Source: Yuukianura sp. NJ FZ-2021 (Eukaryota). From it: 64,000 nt of DNA. The notes below the pieces were generated by a model that made no database searches, was not told the DNA's origin, and worked only from the letters and a program-made list of their open reading frames with translations. The position numbers were made by a program, and so were the translations under genes. Shown piece by piece: positions 1 through 12,495 of the stretch. The stretch is taken from the NCBI GenBank assembly GCA_046563655.1, contig CM102289.1, positions 2,852,001-2,916,000 on the forward strand, read 5' to 3'. Every line of letters starts with the position of its first letter. The stretch's first letter is position 1.

Positions 1-504
1 ATATCGATATTTTTTGCCGATTTTGGACCAAATTTACGGTTTTTTAGACAAATTTTAAACTGAAAACATACAATACACAGGAGGTTTGCTAAAATTGACC
101 AGGATTTCCAACAATCAATAGCTGTTGTCGTTTTTTAACAACGTAAAACCAAAGTCGATATGCCAGCAGCCAAAACTTAAAGACCAATTTAAGTTTAATC
201 ATAGGGCATAACGTTCTGAAATTTGAAAAACAATGCGAAATCTGTGCAAAAGACTCCACTCCACTCATGTCAAGCTTTTCGAAACGTTTGTGGCGAGTGT
301 TTCCCAAGTATACAATTTTCTGAATAATGTATGCAATTTCATAAAGAATAGACGTAAGCAGAACTGTAACATTTTGACCAAAGTAACAGTTCTACGTGGT
401 GATATGGGTAGGTGAAAACGGTTCAGCGTAAAGAATGCTGAAGTGGATCATGTCACCCACTGTTGCTAAGTAACTAACCGTTACGACGACTGTTGGAGGT
501 TGCA

Positions 505-649
505 AGTGAGTTAAATTTTTTGAAAATATATTAAATTTTAAAAAATATTTGCAAAATTAATAAATATTTTAACAAATATTTGGGCGTTTTTTAGTAAATA
601 TTTCAATAAATATATCGGCACTTTTTAGTAAATATTTCTGGGAAGCCTG
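505..649. mobile_element. Probable terminus of a hAT-like MITE (AAATATTT subterminal repeats); start approximate, other end not seen
   Basis: Ends TAAATATTTCTGGGAAGCCTG, similar to the terminus of the complete MITE at 25364-25560 (TAAATATTTTTGACAGGTCTG). Confidence 0.4.
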
Positions 650-678
650 CTTATATCACAGTATTTTAGAGGAGCAAA

Positions 679-1887
679 TTAAATTGCTTTTCGTGTGTTA
701 TTGCTAGTGTAGTTGACCATGGCTTCCAGAACTTCGTTGACTGCATTATGCATGTTCATTTCACTGTTGTTACCTTGATTGCAAGAAGCAATACAAGCAA
801 CTCTTCCCTGGCGATCAATGACCATTTTGGCATAGTTGACCGTATTACTTCCATTGTGCCAAATAGTTAAACCCTGAGCCCAGCTTTCAAACCCATTAAC
901 CCAGCCAAGGGCATACAAATTGTTAAAGGCGCCGGTGTGTAGTCGCTTATAACTTTCCACCGTGAGAAGTCCCGGAATCCCGAGGTCTCCACGGAGATGA
1001 TCGAGTACAAATTTAGCCCAGTCTTCTAAAGAACAGTGAACTGTGCCAGCAGGACTCAAGACAAGAGGATTGTCCCAGTGAACTGGAATACTGGAATTGC
1101 CCACGGGGTAGTGAGCCCACGGTTGATTAACTTCTCCTGGCACGGAAGTGGGTCCGTACCCGGCGCTGGTCATCCCCAGAGGGCCAAAGACATGCGCTGA
1201 CATCAATTCTTCATAGGATTGGTTCGTGACACGCTCCAACATCGCAGCAGCTACGACAATTCTGCAAATGCAAAATTATTTTTAGATACTCCAAATTTTT
1301 TTAATTTGGTTTTGTTTTTACCCCCAGTTTGAATAAACTGTGACCGTTCCGGGTGCTGGAATGGAATCCACTATGTCATTTAACGCCTTGACAGTGTTGA
1401 GCCTTTGCTCAACCAAAGTCGGAGCAGATTCAGACAACGCAATCCAATCCGGGTTGCCTGGAATTCCAGCGGTGTGGCTCAAAAGATGCAAGAAGTTGAC
1501 CGAGTCGAATTCTGTGCGGAGGTCAAGGTCATCGAAGATACTGCCAACAGTGGTTTCCCAAGTAACACTGCCTAATTCTACGAAACGAGCTACGAGAGTT
1601 GCTGTCATTGCCTTTGTACAAGACCCAAGATGCCAAAGGTCATCCGTCGTCACGTTGACCCCTGACCCGCGTTTTCTGGTTCCCGAGGCGCCGATTCGAA
1701 CTACGCCATTCTCGTTCATAAAGAGACCACCGAGTGCTGGAGCATTGTACTTTGCAACGATTGGTTCCAGCAGAAAACTCACATCTTCCACAGCGTTCGT
1801 TTCAATTTTTCTAGCCAAGCCTAGCTCAGCTCTAACAATACAAAGTACGAGTAAACTTTTAAAAATTAAAGCCAACTTGTACTGCAT
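679..1887 (-). CDS. Secreted beta-lactamase-family (class C/AmpC-like) serine hydrolase, 2 exons (1887-1322, 1261-679)
   Basis: Hydrophobic N-terminus; SxxK (GSCTK), YSN and HNG motifs; 60-bp GT-AG intron 1262-1321 joins the two ORFs in frame (YSNWG|IVVAAAMLER). Confidence 0.92.
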
Positions 1888-2766
1888 TTTGCAAAAAAAA
1901 GCAATTGGCTAACTATTAAAAAACAAAATAACGAAACTTTAAAAAATGCAATTTCGAAAATTTGAAAAAAAAATCGTATGAGTCGGGGTTTTGGAAGACT
2001 GGAGAAACTTTGACCGTGTTGTTACGCCTTTATAGCTTGCTTAAATAGGTATTATTTTGTTAGGTTAGCGACAAGATGAGTCAGCTTAGATGATAAGTGT
2101 ATCACAACTGTGATGATCATCTATTGTCAAGTAGTGTCTCAAATTGAAATTTTGAGTGCTTCAGGACAAATTTAGTGAATTAGCACCATTGTACTGTTCG
2201 TTAATTCCGTGGAAATTCTAACTACTTGTATACTTTAGTATCATAAATCACTCGATTTTGTCTATTAATATAAATTGCATCACGCTTTAAATGAAGCCAT
2301 ATTGATGTAGCCTTGTTGAAACGTTATAACACAAGCCTAACCTAACCATTAAAATGATTCAGTAGTTTCTATCTGATTTTTCTAGAAATGATTCAAGTTA
2401 GATAAATTGTTTTTTTTTTAGATTATGGTATCCATTTGAATGTTGTGTAATAGAAATGAGATAACATTTTTTGTAACACTTCAAATAGATTTTTAATCAA
2501 AGCATGCTGTGAAATTGCACAATGTTCGTAAGTTTACGCCAAGGTTCATAGACAAAAAAAATATTCTACACCAGGTTATCTAATAACTCAAAGTTTTTCA
2601 CATTTGTTTGAAAATAGGAAATCTGCCTTTCCGTGGTAACTTTTTTTGCAGGTAATGTAAATCGGCTTGGTGCTAAAATTTGTTTGAAACCAGATTGTTG
2701 AAAATTCTGACTTACTGGACAACCTATTGTAAGAAATCTACAATTCGGTTGTCAAGGAACCTTGGT

Positions 2767-3995
2767 TTATGCTAACGTGGCAATCAGTCGTAGAACCTCA
2801 TCTCCTGCAACAGTCATTGGCCCATCAGCATACAAGGACCCTTGGTTACATGTAGCAAGTGCCGCCACTCTCCCAACAGGGTCAATCACCACTTTGGCGT
2901 AGTTGTACCCATTCATACCAGCATGTTCAAGGGTTGGCCCCTCAGCCCAGTCTTCTGTCCCAATTCCCCACCCAAGGGCGTACCCACCAAACGGGGCTGT
3001 GTGAAGTCGAGTATAACTTTCCAAAGTCAAAAGTCCCGGGAAACCGAGCTCTCCCCGAAGATGATCCAGCACAAATTTAGCCCAATCTTCTAAAGAACAG
3101 TGAACACTGCCGGCAGGGGTGAGCAGTGGGGGAATGTCACGTTGCGTGGGAATTCCCGTGTTACGTAAAGGGAAATGGCCCCATGGCTGGGTTAACTCGT
3201 CTGGTCCAGAAGTGGGGCCATACCCAGCGGTATCCATGTCCAGCGGTCCAAAAACATGAATGGGCATCAGTTCTTCATAGGATTGACCCGTAACGCGCTC
3301 CAACATGGCTGCAGCGACAGTGATACTACGGAAACAAAATTCAGTTTGTTATTAACTTTTTGAATTTATGCCGAAAACAAGATTTTACCAAAAAATTTTC
3401 TGTTTTTATACCCCCAGTTAGAGTAGGTTGTGTTGGTTCCAGGAGCTGGAATTGGATCTACAATGTCATTCAAAGCCCGAACAGTGTTAACCCTCTGTTC
3501 CGCCACAGTTTCAGCTGACTCAGAAAGCGCTTTCCAATCAGCGTCTCGTGGAATTCCAGAGCTGTGACTCAGCAGATGCAGGAAATTGACAAAGTAGAAT
3601 TCGGGTAACAGGTCAAGGTCATTGAAAATGTTGCCAACGGTGTCTTCCCAAGACACTATGCCCAATTCAACAAACCGAGCTACAAGTGTTGCCGTCATTG
3701 CTTTCGTATCTGAACCAAGGTGCCAGTAGTCGTTTGTTGTCACATTGACCCCAGACCCACGTTTTCTTGTTCCTGAAGCAGCGATTCGCACAGTACCGAA
3801 TTCGTTCATAAAAAGACCGCCGAGAGCTGGAGCGTTGTACTCCGCTACAATTGGTTCCAGAAGATGGCTCACGTTTTCCACTGTTGCAAAAGTATTATTT
3901 GTGGAAATTCCTCTTCCAGTGACGATTTCGACTTGAAAAATACTGATTGTTGCCAGCGTACTCAAAAATAAAATCAGCCTAGATTCCATTTTCAT
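2767..3995 (-). CDS. Second secreted beta-lactamase-family serine hydrolase, 2 exons (3995-3412, 3325-2767)
   Basis: GSDTK, YSN and HAG motifs; paralog of 679-1887; 86-bp intron 3326-3411 at the identical codon position. Confidence 0.92.
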
Positions 3996-4944
3996 TTTGA
4001 AAATTCAAATTTTCTAAAATTATGTACACGTTGCTAACTGAAAATTAAATTCGACCTAGAGCTTTGCACTTTGGATAAGTTTTAGCAATTGGGAACGGAT
4101 AAAGTACTTGTGTTTTATATAAGTTAGAGTACGCTTGTACTGAAGGACGTAGATGTGTAATCGCTGTAAGTACTCAGATTAATCACCGAAGTCTCAAAAA
4201 TAGTGATTCACGAGCCAAAGTTTCAATTACCCGTTTTATCCATTACATTACACTTATCCATTTACAGACGAATTACATTTATCCATAACTCCACTCTTAA
4301 ACTTTTCTTTTCTAATCTTCCACTTGGAATTGTCACCGATTCTGATTTACACGGAAATTGACATAACTGGTGCCCAAAACTATCGTAAAATTGCATAAAT
4401 TTCTTATGCTGTAGAGGAAAATTTAACTGAGGATAGAGAATATCAAAAAGGATTTTACATTAAAACATTTCGACGGTACAGAAAAAAATATAAATAGACA
4501 ATTTAGTAACAATACTAACAACATAATACATTAAAGTTGTAATTTGTGCATAATAAATATAGTAATACATATTGCACATGTTGGTTATTGAAATGTTAGG
4601 CAAGCCAAAAAGACAAAAGCTTTCAGTTTTCCTGAACTTATGCGGTCTATCAATTGAAAATTTGAAATTTTAGTGATCTTTACCACAAACCTACTAACTT
4701 AGTTGCTGAACCCGGAAATCATTATAAAAAAATTATAAAGCAACGACTTTCATTGCAATTAGTTCTCAAGTATTTGGAACCGCAAGATGACAATTGATTT
4801 TTAACTAAAATTCTTCTTATTAAGGGCAATTACTATTGATAAGAAGTTCGCCAGTTCTAAATTGAAGCTTAACTGAGGATCAACTGATCTTCTATTGTGA
4901 ATTTAATTTTAAGAATAACAAAAACTACTCGCAGTACCAGCAGA

Positions 4945-5427
4945 ATGGCGGAATTTCGAGACATGAGCGTTGCTTACACAGAGTCGGAGATTCAACAAAT
5001 TATAGCAAATTGTCGTCGGTTTAAATCTTTTGACGGAACGTCAGTCGCTGCCGACGACATTGGACAAGTTTGTAAAGAAATGCGATTTGGGTTAACACCA
5101 CAGCAACTAAAAATCTACATAGCATTCTACAAAAAACATTTGAACGGACGACTAGTAGTACTTGAAGGCACAGGGGGATTGGAAGAAGTTTTGCGTCGGA
5201 TTCATTCGGTAAGACTCTTGGCTGAATTATTCGCTCAAGCTACAGACAAAAATCAAGATGGAATTATTTCCAAAGAAGAATTTCTGGACACCTACGACAT
5301 GCTGGTTACATATTTTCCAAATCTTGCTGGAAGGACTTATGACGCTTTTGTAACTGAAGCAGACAGGGACGTATCAGGGGATGTCAGCGTAGCTGAACTT
5401 GTAGAATGGATTGCCATGGACAACTAA
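4945..5427 (+). CDS. EF-hand calcium-binding protein
   Basis: Two EF-hand loops, DKNQDGIISKEE and DRDVSGDVSVAE; ATG at 4945; AATAAA downstream. Confidence 0.8.
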   Translation: MAEFRDMSVAYTESEIQQIIANCRRFKSFDGTSVAADDIGQVCKEMRFGLTPQQLKIYIAFYKKHLNGRLVVLEGTGGLEEVLRRIHSVRLLAELFAQATDKNQDGIISKEEFLDTYDMLVTYFPNLAGRTYDAFVTEADRDVSGDVSVAELVEWIAMDN

Positions 5428-5667
5428 AGGATAGAAAATTTTTCAAAAAACGTTATTTTGAAAAATTGAATTAGAATAAAATCTTATTTTCAGAAACAAA
5501 TGGTTTGAATATATTTATTATTTAAATACATGGTTATAATCTTCGCTTAAAATTTTTAGTAAGCAGACGAAATACTGAATTGAAAACAATTTGGTGTAAA
5601 TTGTCTGTATGCAATTGTCAAAGGTGGTGAAAGCTCAGTAGCGTATTTTATGAAAGGCAAAATTATT

Positions 5668-7598
5668 TTAATCTTCTTTTTCCTCCGATTCGGAAAGTTC
5701 AGGGAGGCTCCTTGACAATGAGATGTCAAGAGTGCTGTAAGCTGGCGGCAGCACAGCTACATTTAAATTAAAAAAAATTAAAAAACTGAAAGTTTAGTTT
5801 GCAGTTTTGAATATTTCAAATTTTTTCAAATTTGGTTCCATGTGATTTGGTCAGAAAGTGAAAAGATCAAAAGTGAAATGATCAGAAAAAAAAGGTCAGA
5901 AAAGGAAGGAACTTAACCAAACCTAACCTGAGATCTTTTGAATTCTGACCTTTTCACTTCTGATCATTTCACTTCTGACCAAATATTTCTGACCATTTCA
6001 CCTGCTACGTTCAAATTTTTACCGCCCAGAAGTGCCGTACGATAGTCCGGCAATGACGGCGTAAGACTAAGAACTGACATCGAGCGACGACTGCGACTAT
6101 TCAGCTCTTCTGCTGTCATTTCCAGTGGTTCAAATCTTTGCTGCGCTAGAGGTGGGGCCGACCCAGCCATCAAGCCAGTTGCAAAGGCTTTACCGATTTG
6201 GATTGCAAATTCTTCCGAAATTGAAGTTGAACTGAAGTAGCCACCAATTTGCAGTGTGACCTTCATTAACTTTCAAAAATTAAAGAGTTCTTGAAAAATA
6301 TAGATTCAAAATTTAACGTTACCTGCAATTTATAACGGAATTCGATTGCCAAATCAACACTTCGTTCTGCATGTTCCGCAGAAGCTGGAAGTAGCTCAGG
6401 CGTTTCCAAATGTCCACTCCAGACATGCGACGAATTGGATTCCACGGAAGGTCCGTTGTTGATCCCACCAAGGTCATTTCTGTGTGTAGTTTTGTTGGAC
6501 TTCAAGTACACGAGCTTGAAAAAAGTAAAACAAAATTTGGAATTAGTTTCGGAATTCCAAATTTTAGAAAAAAAATATGCAAAACAAAATATGCAATTCG
6601 AGAAGCATATGGTAACACACTACACTGAGCGTACGTTCTGCAGAACAATCCAAATCTTAGACTTTATAAAACTTAGCTTGCTTAGTTCACTTGCCTACCT
6701 GGATCAAGTGAATTTTGATGCATCGAATTTTCTTCGTCCCGCCATTTTTGACTTTTACTGAAAACTCAATTCTTTGCCCAGAAGAATAGCATTTTTGGTT
6801 AGTTTTGAGCCAAACGTGAATACTCGGCTCGGTTCCAGAGGCCACGCCCAATTCCTTGTCTTGGACCATCGGTTGACCTAGGTCATCTTGACCCACCCAA
6901 CTGGACACATAAGTTGGTGTGACATAAACTAGTCTCTCTTGACGCAATGGTAGCAATCCATCCCGGAGTCGATTAGCCACACATCGAACGCTGTACTTTA
7001 GTCGTCCTCCATTTTCGCCACAACTGAACGACGGAGGACACTCTAATGGTACTTGGATTCCAAATTTATACTCACCCGTTCCCAATCCTGTGACATTGTA
7101 GGCTAAAACCGAGTTTTCAACAACAAAAAGACAAATCAAATTGCATGCAATAAATACACAATAAGTTTGAAAATGTGGTCGGATTTTGAAGTTTTCATAC
7201 CGTTTCCCACAATTGCTTTTTTGGTTTGAATAATTTTCAGTCCTTGGGCTTGGTCAGGACTGTTGTAATATTTTCCTTCAAAAACTACCAAGAGGGCTAC
7301 AGTACCAATAAAAACCATTCGTTAAACAACTTAAATGATTATATATAATATGAAGGTATTAAAGTAGTTATGTAATACGATTCTTAAAATGATTTAGTTT
7401 AAGTCTTTAACACTTACCGCAAATTTCCTCCAAGTTCCAGGGAAGTTCCACAATATTTAGCTTTCCCTCGATCACTTCGCCAGGTTCAAAATTTCTTGTT
7501 TCCTTCTCAATTGAAAATTGAAATCTCATATCCGAAATACTGGCTTTCGGTGGAGCACCGCCACCAACATGGCCAATCAGTGTGCATGCTTGTGCCAT
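5668..7598 (-). CDS. Alpha-arrestin (arrestin domain-containing protein), multi-exon
   Basis: FEPGEVIEGKL, LECPPSF..GRLKYSVR and KCYSSGQRIEFSVKVKN arrestin N/C segments; C-terminal LPDY and PPAY motifs (last exon read manually). Confidence 0.82.
5834..6009. mobile_element. 176-bp Mutator-like non-autonomous element in the last arrestin intron
   Basis: 9-bp TSD TTCAAATTT on both sides; near-identical inverted copy at 39070-39245; internal inverted GGTCAGAA/TGATCAGAA repeats. Confidence 0.85.
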
Positions 7599-8706
7599 TT
7601 CTAACAACAGATTTTACACTACTTTTTGAAATTGAAACAGTCCAATTTCAAAGCAAAGTAACCCCGACAGTTTAAGTTTTAAGGTTTGATAGACATTGAG
7701 TCAATAAAGCAATGAATTATATTGAAATTCAGGATGTACAGAGGTTTAGAACAACCTTACAGTTTGGTGAACGCTTCAAAGGTGATGCTTTTCAAAATTT
7801 TTGTTTCCAATTTTCCTTTTCAAATTTGAACATTTGGGACCTAAATGTTCGCAACGGAATTCATTTCGAAGTGGAACCAAATGCTCTTCGCAGGAGAAAA
7901 TTTTGCACGAACTGCAGAGTGAGTCATCCTTCGTTCCAAGAAAAATCAATACTTTCTCCACATGTTCTCGAAAACATTTCTCCCGTTTACTTTCTCGTAC
8001 CTTTGTAATATCCAGCAAGCAATGAGCATGTAAAGATAAAGCTTTTTTTAAAAAGGTTTCGTCAAATTCAAAACATACGATAATTCGAAACAGACGTAAA
8101 TTCGAAAATTTGACTTTATTTGAGCATCAACATCTAGAAAGTTGACCTTGACCTGGACTGTTTTAAAACCTTGCATGATCTTTAGCTTAACAAATATTTT
8201 GTGTTGTGGCCAACTGCCCCTCCTTTACTCGTCTTGTTCTTAGTTTGGAATTGAACTACTTCAATAACTGTGACGCTAACCTTGGCCAATTCTGCACGCT
8301 AGCACGAATGGCCTAAAAATATATATACAAAACCAACCATAAATTTTTTCAATGTAAATTTCATTTAAAAAACTTACATTTCAAACATAGCTTTTCTTAT
8401 TTTTCGTATACAGCGGAAGCATTTTTCACCGCAACCGCAAAGTTCTCACTTCAATTGAAACTGATAAACTAAAGAAAAATATTGTCGTAAAAAAATTGGT
8501 TTCAAGAACAATTTTCAGTATTGCTATTAAAGTCAGTAAAAAAAATTATGATTCTAATTTTGAAGCAATAGGTTTCATTGTTCAAATTTCAAGCGTTTCA
8601 TTTGAAATTTAAAAAATGGAAACTTGAAAGTAAGTTTGAAAAGTTTTGACATTTTTGGATAAAAGGAGTTGTAAATTATCAAAAACAAATTGGATTTGAA
8701 TGAAAA

Positions 8707-10208
8707 ATGACAGCTTCAAGGTAAAATTGTTACTTGATTATTTTTTTCAATTTAAAGCACCTCTTAATTTGAAAAGGTAATGCGATTTTAGAAAGTCCAG
8801 AGTCCTGTGTGGAGCTATTTTAATATTTTGCCTCATTACTTTTGTAATGGTGACTCAAAATCCATCTTATTCAATTGGCCAATTCAATTTTCCACTTCAA
8901 CTGTCTTCGGACGGATTTAAAATGTCTAACGCCTCAATTTCCAAAATTCAAAATTTCGGAGATCTTTTGCTATCATTTGATTGGGCAGGACTTGCAGAAG
9001 CAACATCTCACGGAGGTTCTGAACGACAAATGGAAGAACTTGAACATAAACAACAAGACCTAATAACGCTTTTGACGCCTTATGTCATAATGGAACCTCT
9101 AGTACCCATTGATGAGTCATGTACTGCAAGGCCATTAACACCGCAAGATGAAATCAAATGTGAAGGTCAAGGAAACATTTTCAAAGGTCACCTTCGGTCA
9201 AAACCTATTTCTAAAATTGGAATCATGGTTCAATTTGGATTTGGAGTAGATGTGCTAGAAATTTATTTGAACGAAGTCTATGACGTTGTGGATCGATTTT
9301 TTATACTGGAGTCCACTAGAGCCCATTTCAGAAGTATTAAAAAATCACTCATTTGGGAACGAGTCAAAGATCAACCTAGATTTCAAAAATTTCAAGACAA
9401 AATCGTACATCTTTTGATTGATGACGCCGAGGCAGCACATACGCGCCAAATTTTCAAAAGTTCACCAAACTCCAATCGCATATTTGAAATGGAAGGACTT
9501 CAAGAACGGCTGCGGTGGGCCAAATTTTTGCAATGGAACAACGCTCATAATTTTTTTAACCAATCGGATATCATTGGTAAATTTTTCGTTTTTCTTTTTT
9601 TTTTGAGATTTTTCTTATGATACAATTTATTTCAAAATTTAGGACTTGGAGATGCAGATGAAATCCCAGCTCGAGAATTAATTAACATGATTCGTCATTG
9701 TCACTTTGACGTAGACCGATTCGATGTCGGAATTTGGTTTAGTTTTGGCAATGCCAATTATGCATTCAAAACTGACTGGCCAGTTCCAGGGCATCCGTAT
9801 ACCCTAGGAGATCCAACATTCTGGACAGTTGAAGCTGCTACAAAGTATGGCCAATCAGTTGAACCACCGTCGCGCATGCGTGGTATGTCAGGAGACTTTG
9901 TCCTCGGCGGAATGCATATGACACATTCTGGATATCTCCCGTTTCAACTTGCAAGAAGAACGTCTTGTTCCGAGTGCCGACCATTTTCGAGTTCTGACAT
10001 TAACTTCTTCGTGACAAGCTTGAAAAACGACGATGTAGCTGCAATTGAAGCAAAACTGGCGGAAGTCCCGTCAGATTTGGTTCAGCGTAACAAGAAGCTG
10101 GAGTACGTAAGCGACATGAATGAAATCGCTATTTTACCATGGTTTTATTCCTGTAATGTGAACAGATATCCGTCATGGCAAGGCAACCATGACACAAGAC
10201 TAGATTAG
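8707..10208 (+). CDS. Glycosyltransferase family 17 (MGAT3/GnT-III-like), type II membrane, 3 exons (8707-8720, 8792-9576, 9643-10208)
   Basis: N-terminal TM segment (VLCGAILIFCLITFVM); LEIYLNEVYDVVDRFFILES; GDADEIP DxD motif just after the second splice. Confidence 0.8.
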
Positions 10209-10539
10209 TCGGTGACTAGAGTCATGTTCTGTGCGTAATTTAGTTATTTAGTTGTTCGTACATGAGTAATATCAGGTGTACCATAAGTCCGTTGGATGCT
10301 TTTTCTCTCTGTGTAACTTCTCCATCTCATCTCCTATCTGTCGCTGTGGAGTTTTTGGAGCTTATGAGTTTTGTGTACAGAAAGATCCAACGGACTTATG
10401 GTACACCCGATAGAATTTCTTTCTACAGTTTCACTAAAGTTCAAGTAACCTAACCTTTTACTGTACTTGTTAGCTTTTTTAGACGTAAAGTATGACTCCT
10501 AACTTGCGTAAACAAGATTTTTTTTTGTTTTCGTCGGCT

Positions 10540-11938
10540 TCAATTTGGTGTCGTTCCTCCCGTTTCGGCCGCTCGGAATTGAACCAGAATGATTAAATAA
10601 TCACGTTAAGCATCTCAATTCGATCCGTATACAGGGAAAGCTAATCGCTTAAGTTACCGAAACACAGTCAAATGTGTTAATCCCTCTCACTCAATTCTGT
10701 TAGAACAAAGTTAAATCTAACAGGATAACTTACCGTTGTAAGTAGATATCTGTTGAATACAAGAAACGTTGCGTCTACGCGAGGTGGATCCGTGCTGACT
10801 TTTGTAGCGAACATTTGAAACTCTTGGTGACACTGAAAAGATATGCGATTTTCGACAGCGGCGTACAGCTTGTGCAGCTCGTCTGCAATCTCTGCAGATT
10901 GTGCTGAAGTTTGACTTCCCTCTGTACAAATGCTGTACAGAGGGATGATGAAAATTACCGTTTGAAAAAGCACTGTCACGCAATCGCGAACCTGAATTTT
11001 TTCGTCGTAACTCCAACGAAGTAAAAAGAACGTGCATGTAATTATATTGAGGAAGCTGAAAACGCATTGAGTGAGGAGGCGATATCTGAAATGCGTACAT
11101 AAATCCTTGATTTGCTCGTCAACCTTCAAGTACAGTATGTAGCAACGGTGTAGTTCAGCTTCTATTGTAGTTGTTTCAATGGTGGTGGGTCCTAACTCCT
11201 CGTGTGAGTTTTTGCACAAGTTCGGTGTCATTCCGTCAAGCTGGTTCTGAATATACCCGAGGAGGGCGCTGTACAGTTTCAGAAAAAAACAGATCCAAAT
11301 GGCTTGCGCAGCATACAATAAGACCAACACAAAAGAGACGCAGTTAAAGAGCACGATTAATTTGGTGTAAACAGCGACGTTTGCATTGCTCACAAAAAAA
11401 CCAATTACAGAAAAAAGGATTATGGTAAGTAAAATGAAAAGTGAATTTCGAGTGGAGCGTGCAACCCCTGCCAGGCTGTGATCCAACGTTGATCTTGTTC
11501 TTGTACATGAGAGAAATGCATGAAGAACGTTTGCATTGTTTATCCAAAATTGGAGAGTAGACTTCCTGGACAAAAATCCATAAATTCTGAGAAACGGAGA
11601 AATGGCAAAATTAAAAGAACCAACAACTTGCACAATAAGTCGCTCAGTTTGGCTCAAAGTGCTGACCACATCATATGTCCCGGCCATGTTCATATACAGA
11701 ACAGTTGTTGTGATGCAGTATATAATGTTATTACAAAGTTGCATGAAGAATGAAAGTACTTGCTGGAAAGCTTTCCTTTGACTACGCCCAGGGTCAAGTA
11801 AGTGTTTAACTGAACTGCCAAAATTGCAAACTTCCCAATTTTTGCCAATTCCAACTCTGCGTCAATTACAATTGGTTTGTGCAATTGTGTCTCCTTGACT
11901 TTGCATTTACTGTCGACGTTTATACTTGTGCATGACAT
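10540..11938 (-). pseudogene. Gustatory receptor (7TM), probably frameshifted
   Basis: Multi-TM 355-aa ORF; terminal YLIILVQF GR signature is out of frame with its acceptor; N-terminal part is in another frame. Confidence 0.7.
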
Positions 11939-12203
11939 TGTATACCGACAGTTTACTTTGTGCACCGATTCCTGAACGAAGACTACGAGGGCCTTGGTAA
12001 TTTCATTTCGATATGTACATTGAATGGGCGTGGGCATTTCTGTCGAAAGAAGTATGAAAGATTAAAAAAACACTCTAAGTCAATTAGAACTTCTGCGAAA
12101 GCAGATATCTGCCCAATACAATGCATTAATAAAATTGAAAACCGTAATTTCCGGCAAAAAGTAAAAGAGCAAGCTCTACGTTAAAAAAAATTGTCTTGTT
12201 TAC

Positions 12204-12344
12204 ATTTACTGAAAAAGCTCGAAATATTGACGAAGTTAACATTAAGGGCAGGGAGAAATAAGTAAATATTTAGTAACAAAAAGACACAAAATATTGATTT
12301 TGGTTAGATTACGGCATTGGAACTAAATATTTTTGGCAAGTCTG
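12204..12344. mobile_element. Truncated copy of the hAT MITE family seen at 25364-25560
   Basis: Aligns by eye with the reverse complement of 25364-25505; absent at the matching position next to the SDR paralog (about 16320). Confidence 0.7.
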
Positions 12345-12495
12345 GTCATAATTAAATAATCCACGTTGAAAAAAATTATTTCCAGATAAAAAAAATCCTT
12401 TGGTATCTCATAAAATCACGTCTTATATTTTCATTCAAAATCACAATTTAACGTATGATGCCTACTGTTAGTGATTGCGATGGTGTAATTAAGTT

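Noticed and set aside
1340..1912. 190-aa plus-strand ORF and similar antisense ORFs across the window
   Set aside because: They are shadows of well-supported genes on the opposite strand and show no motifs of their own
679..3995. Bacterial contamination or a prokaryotic operon
   Set aside because: Both genes have spliceosomal introns and sit among animal genes
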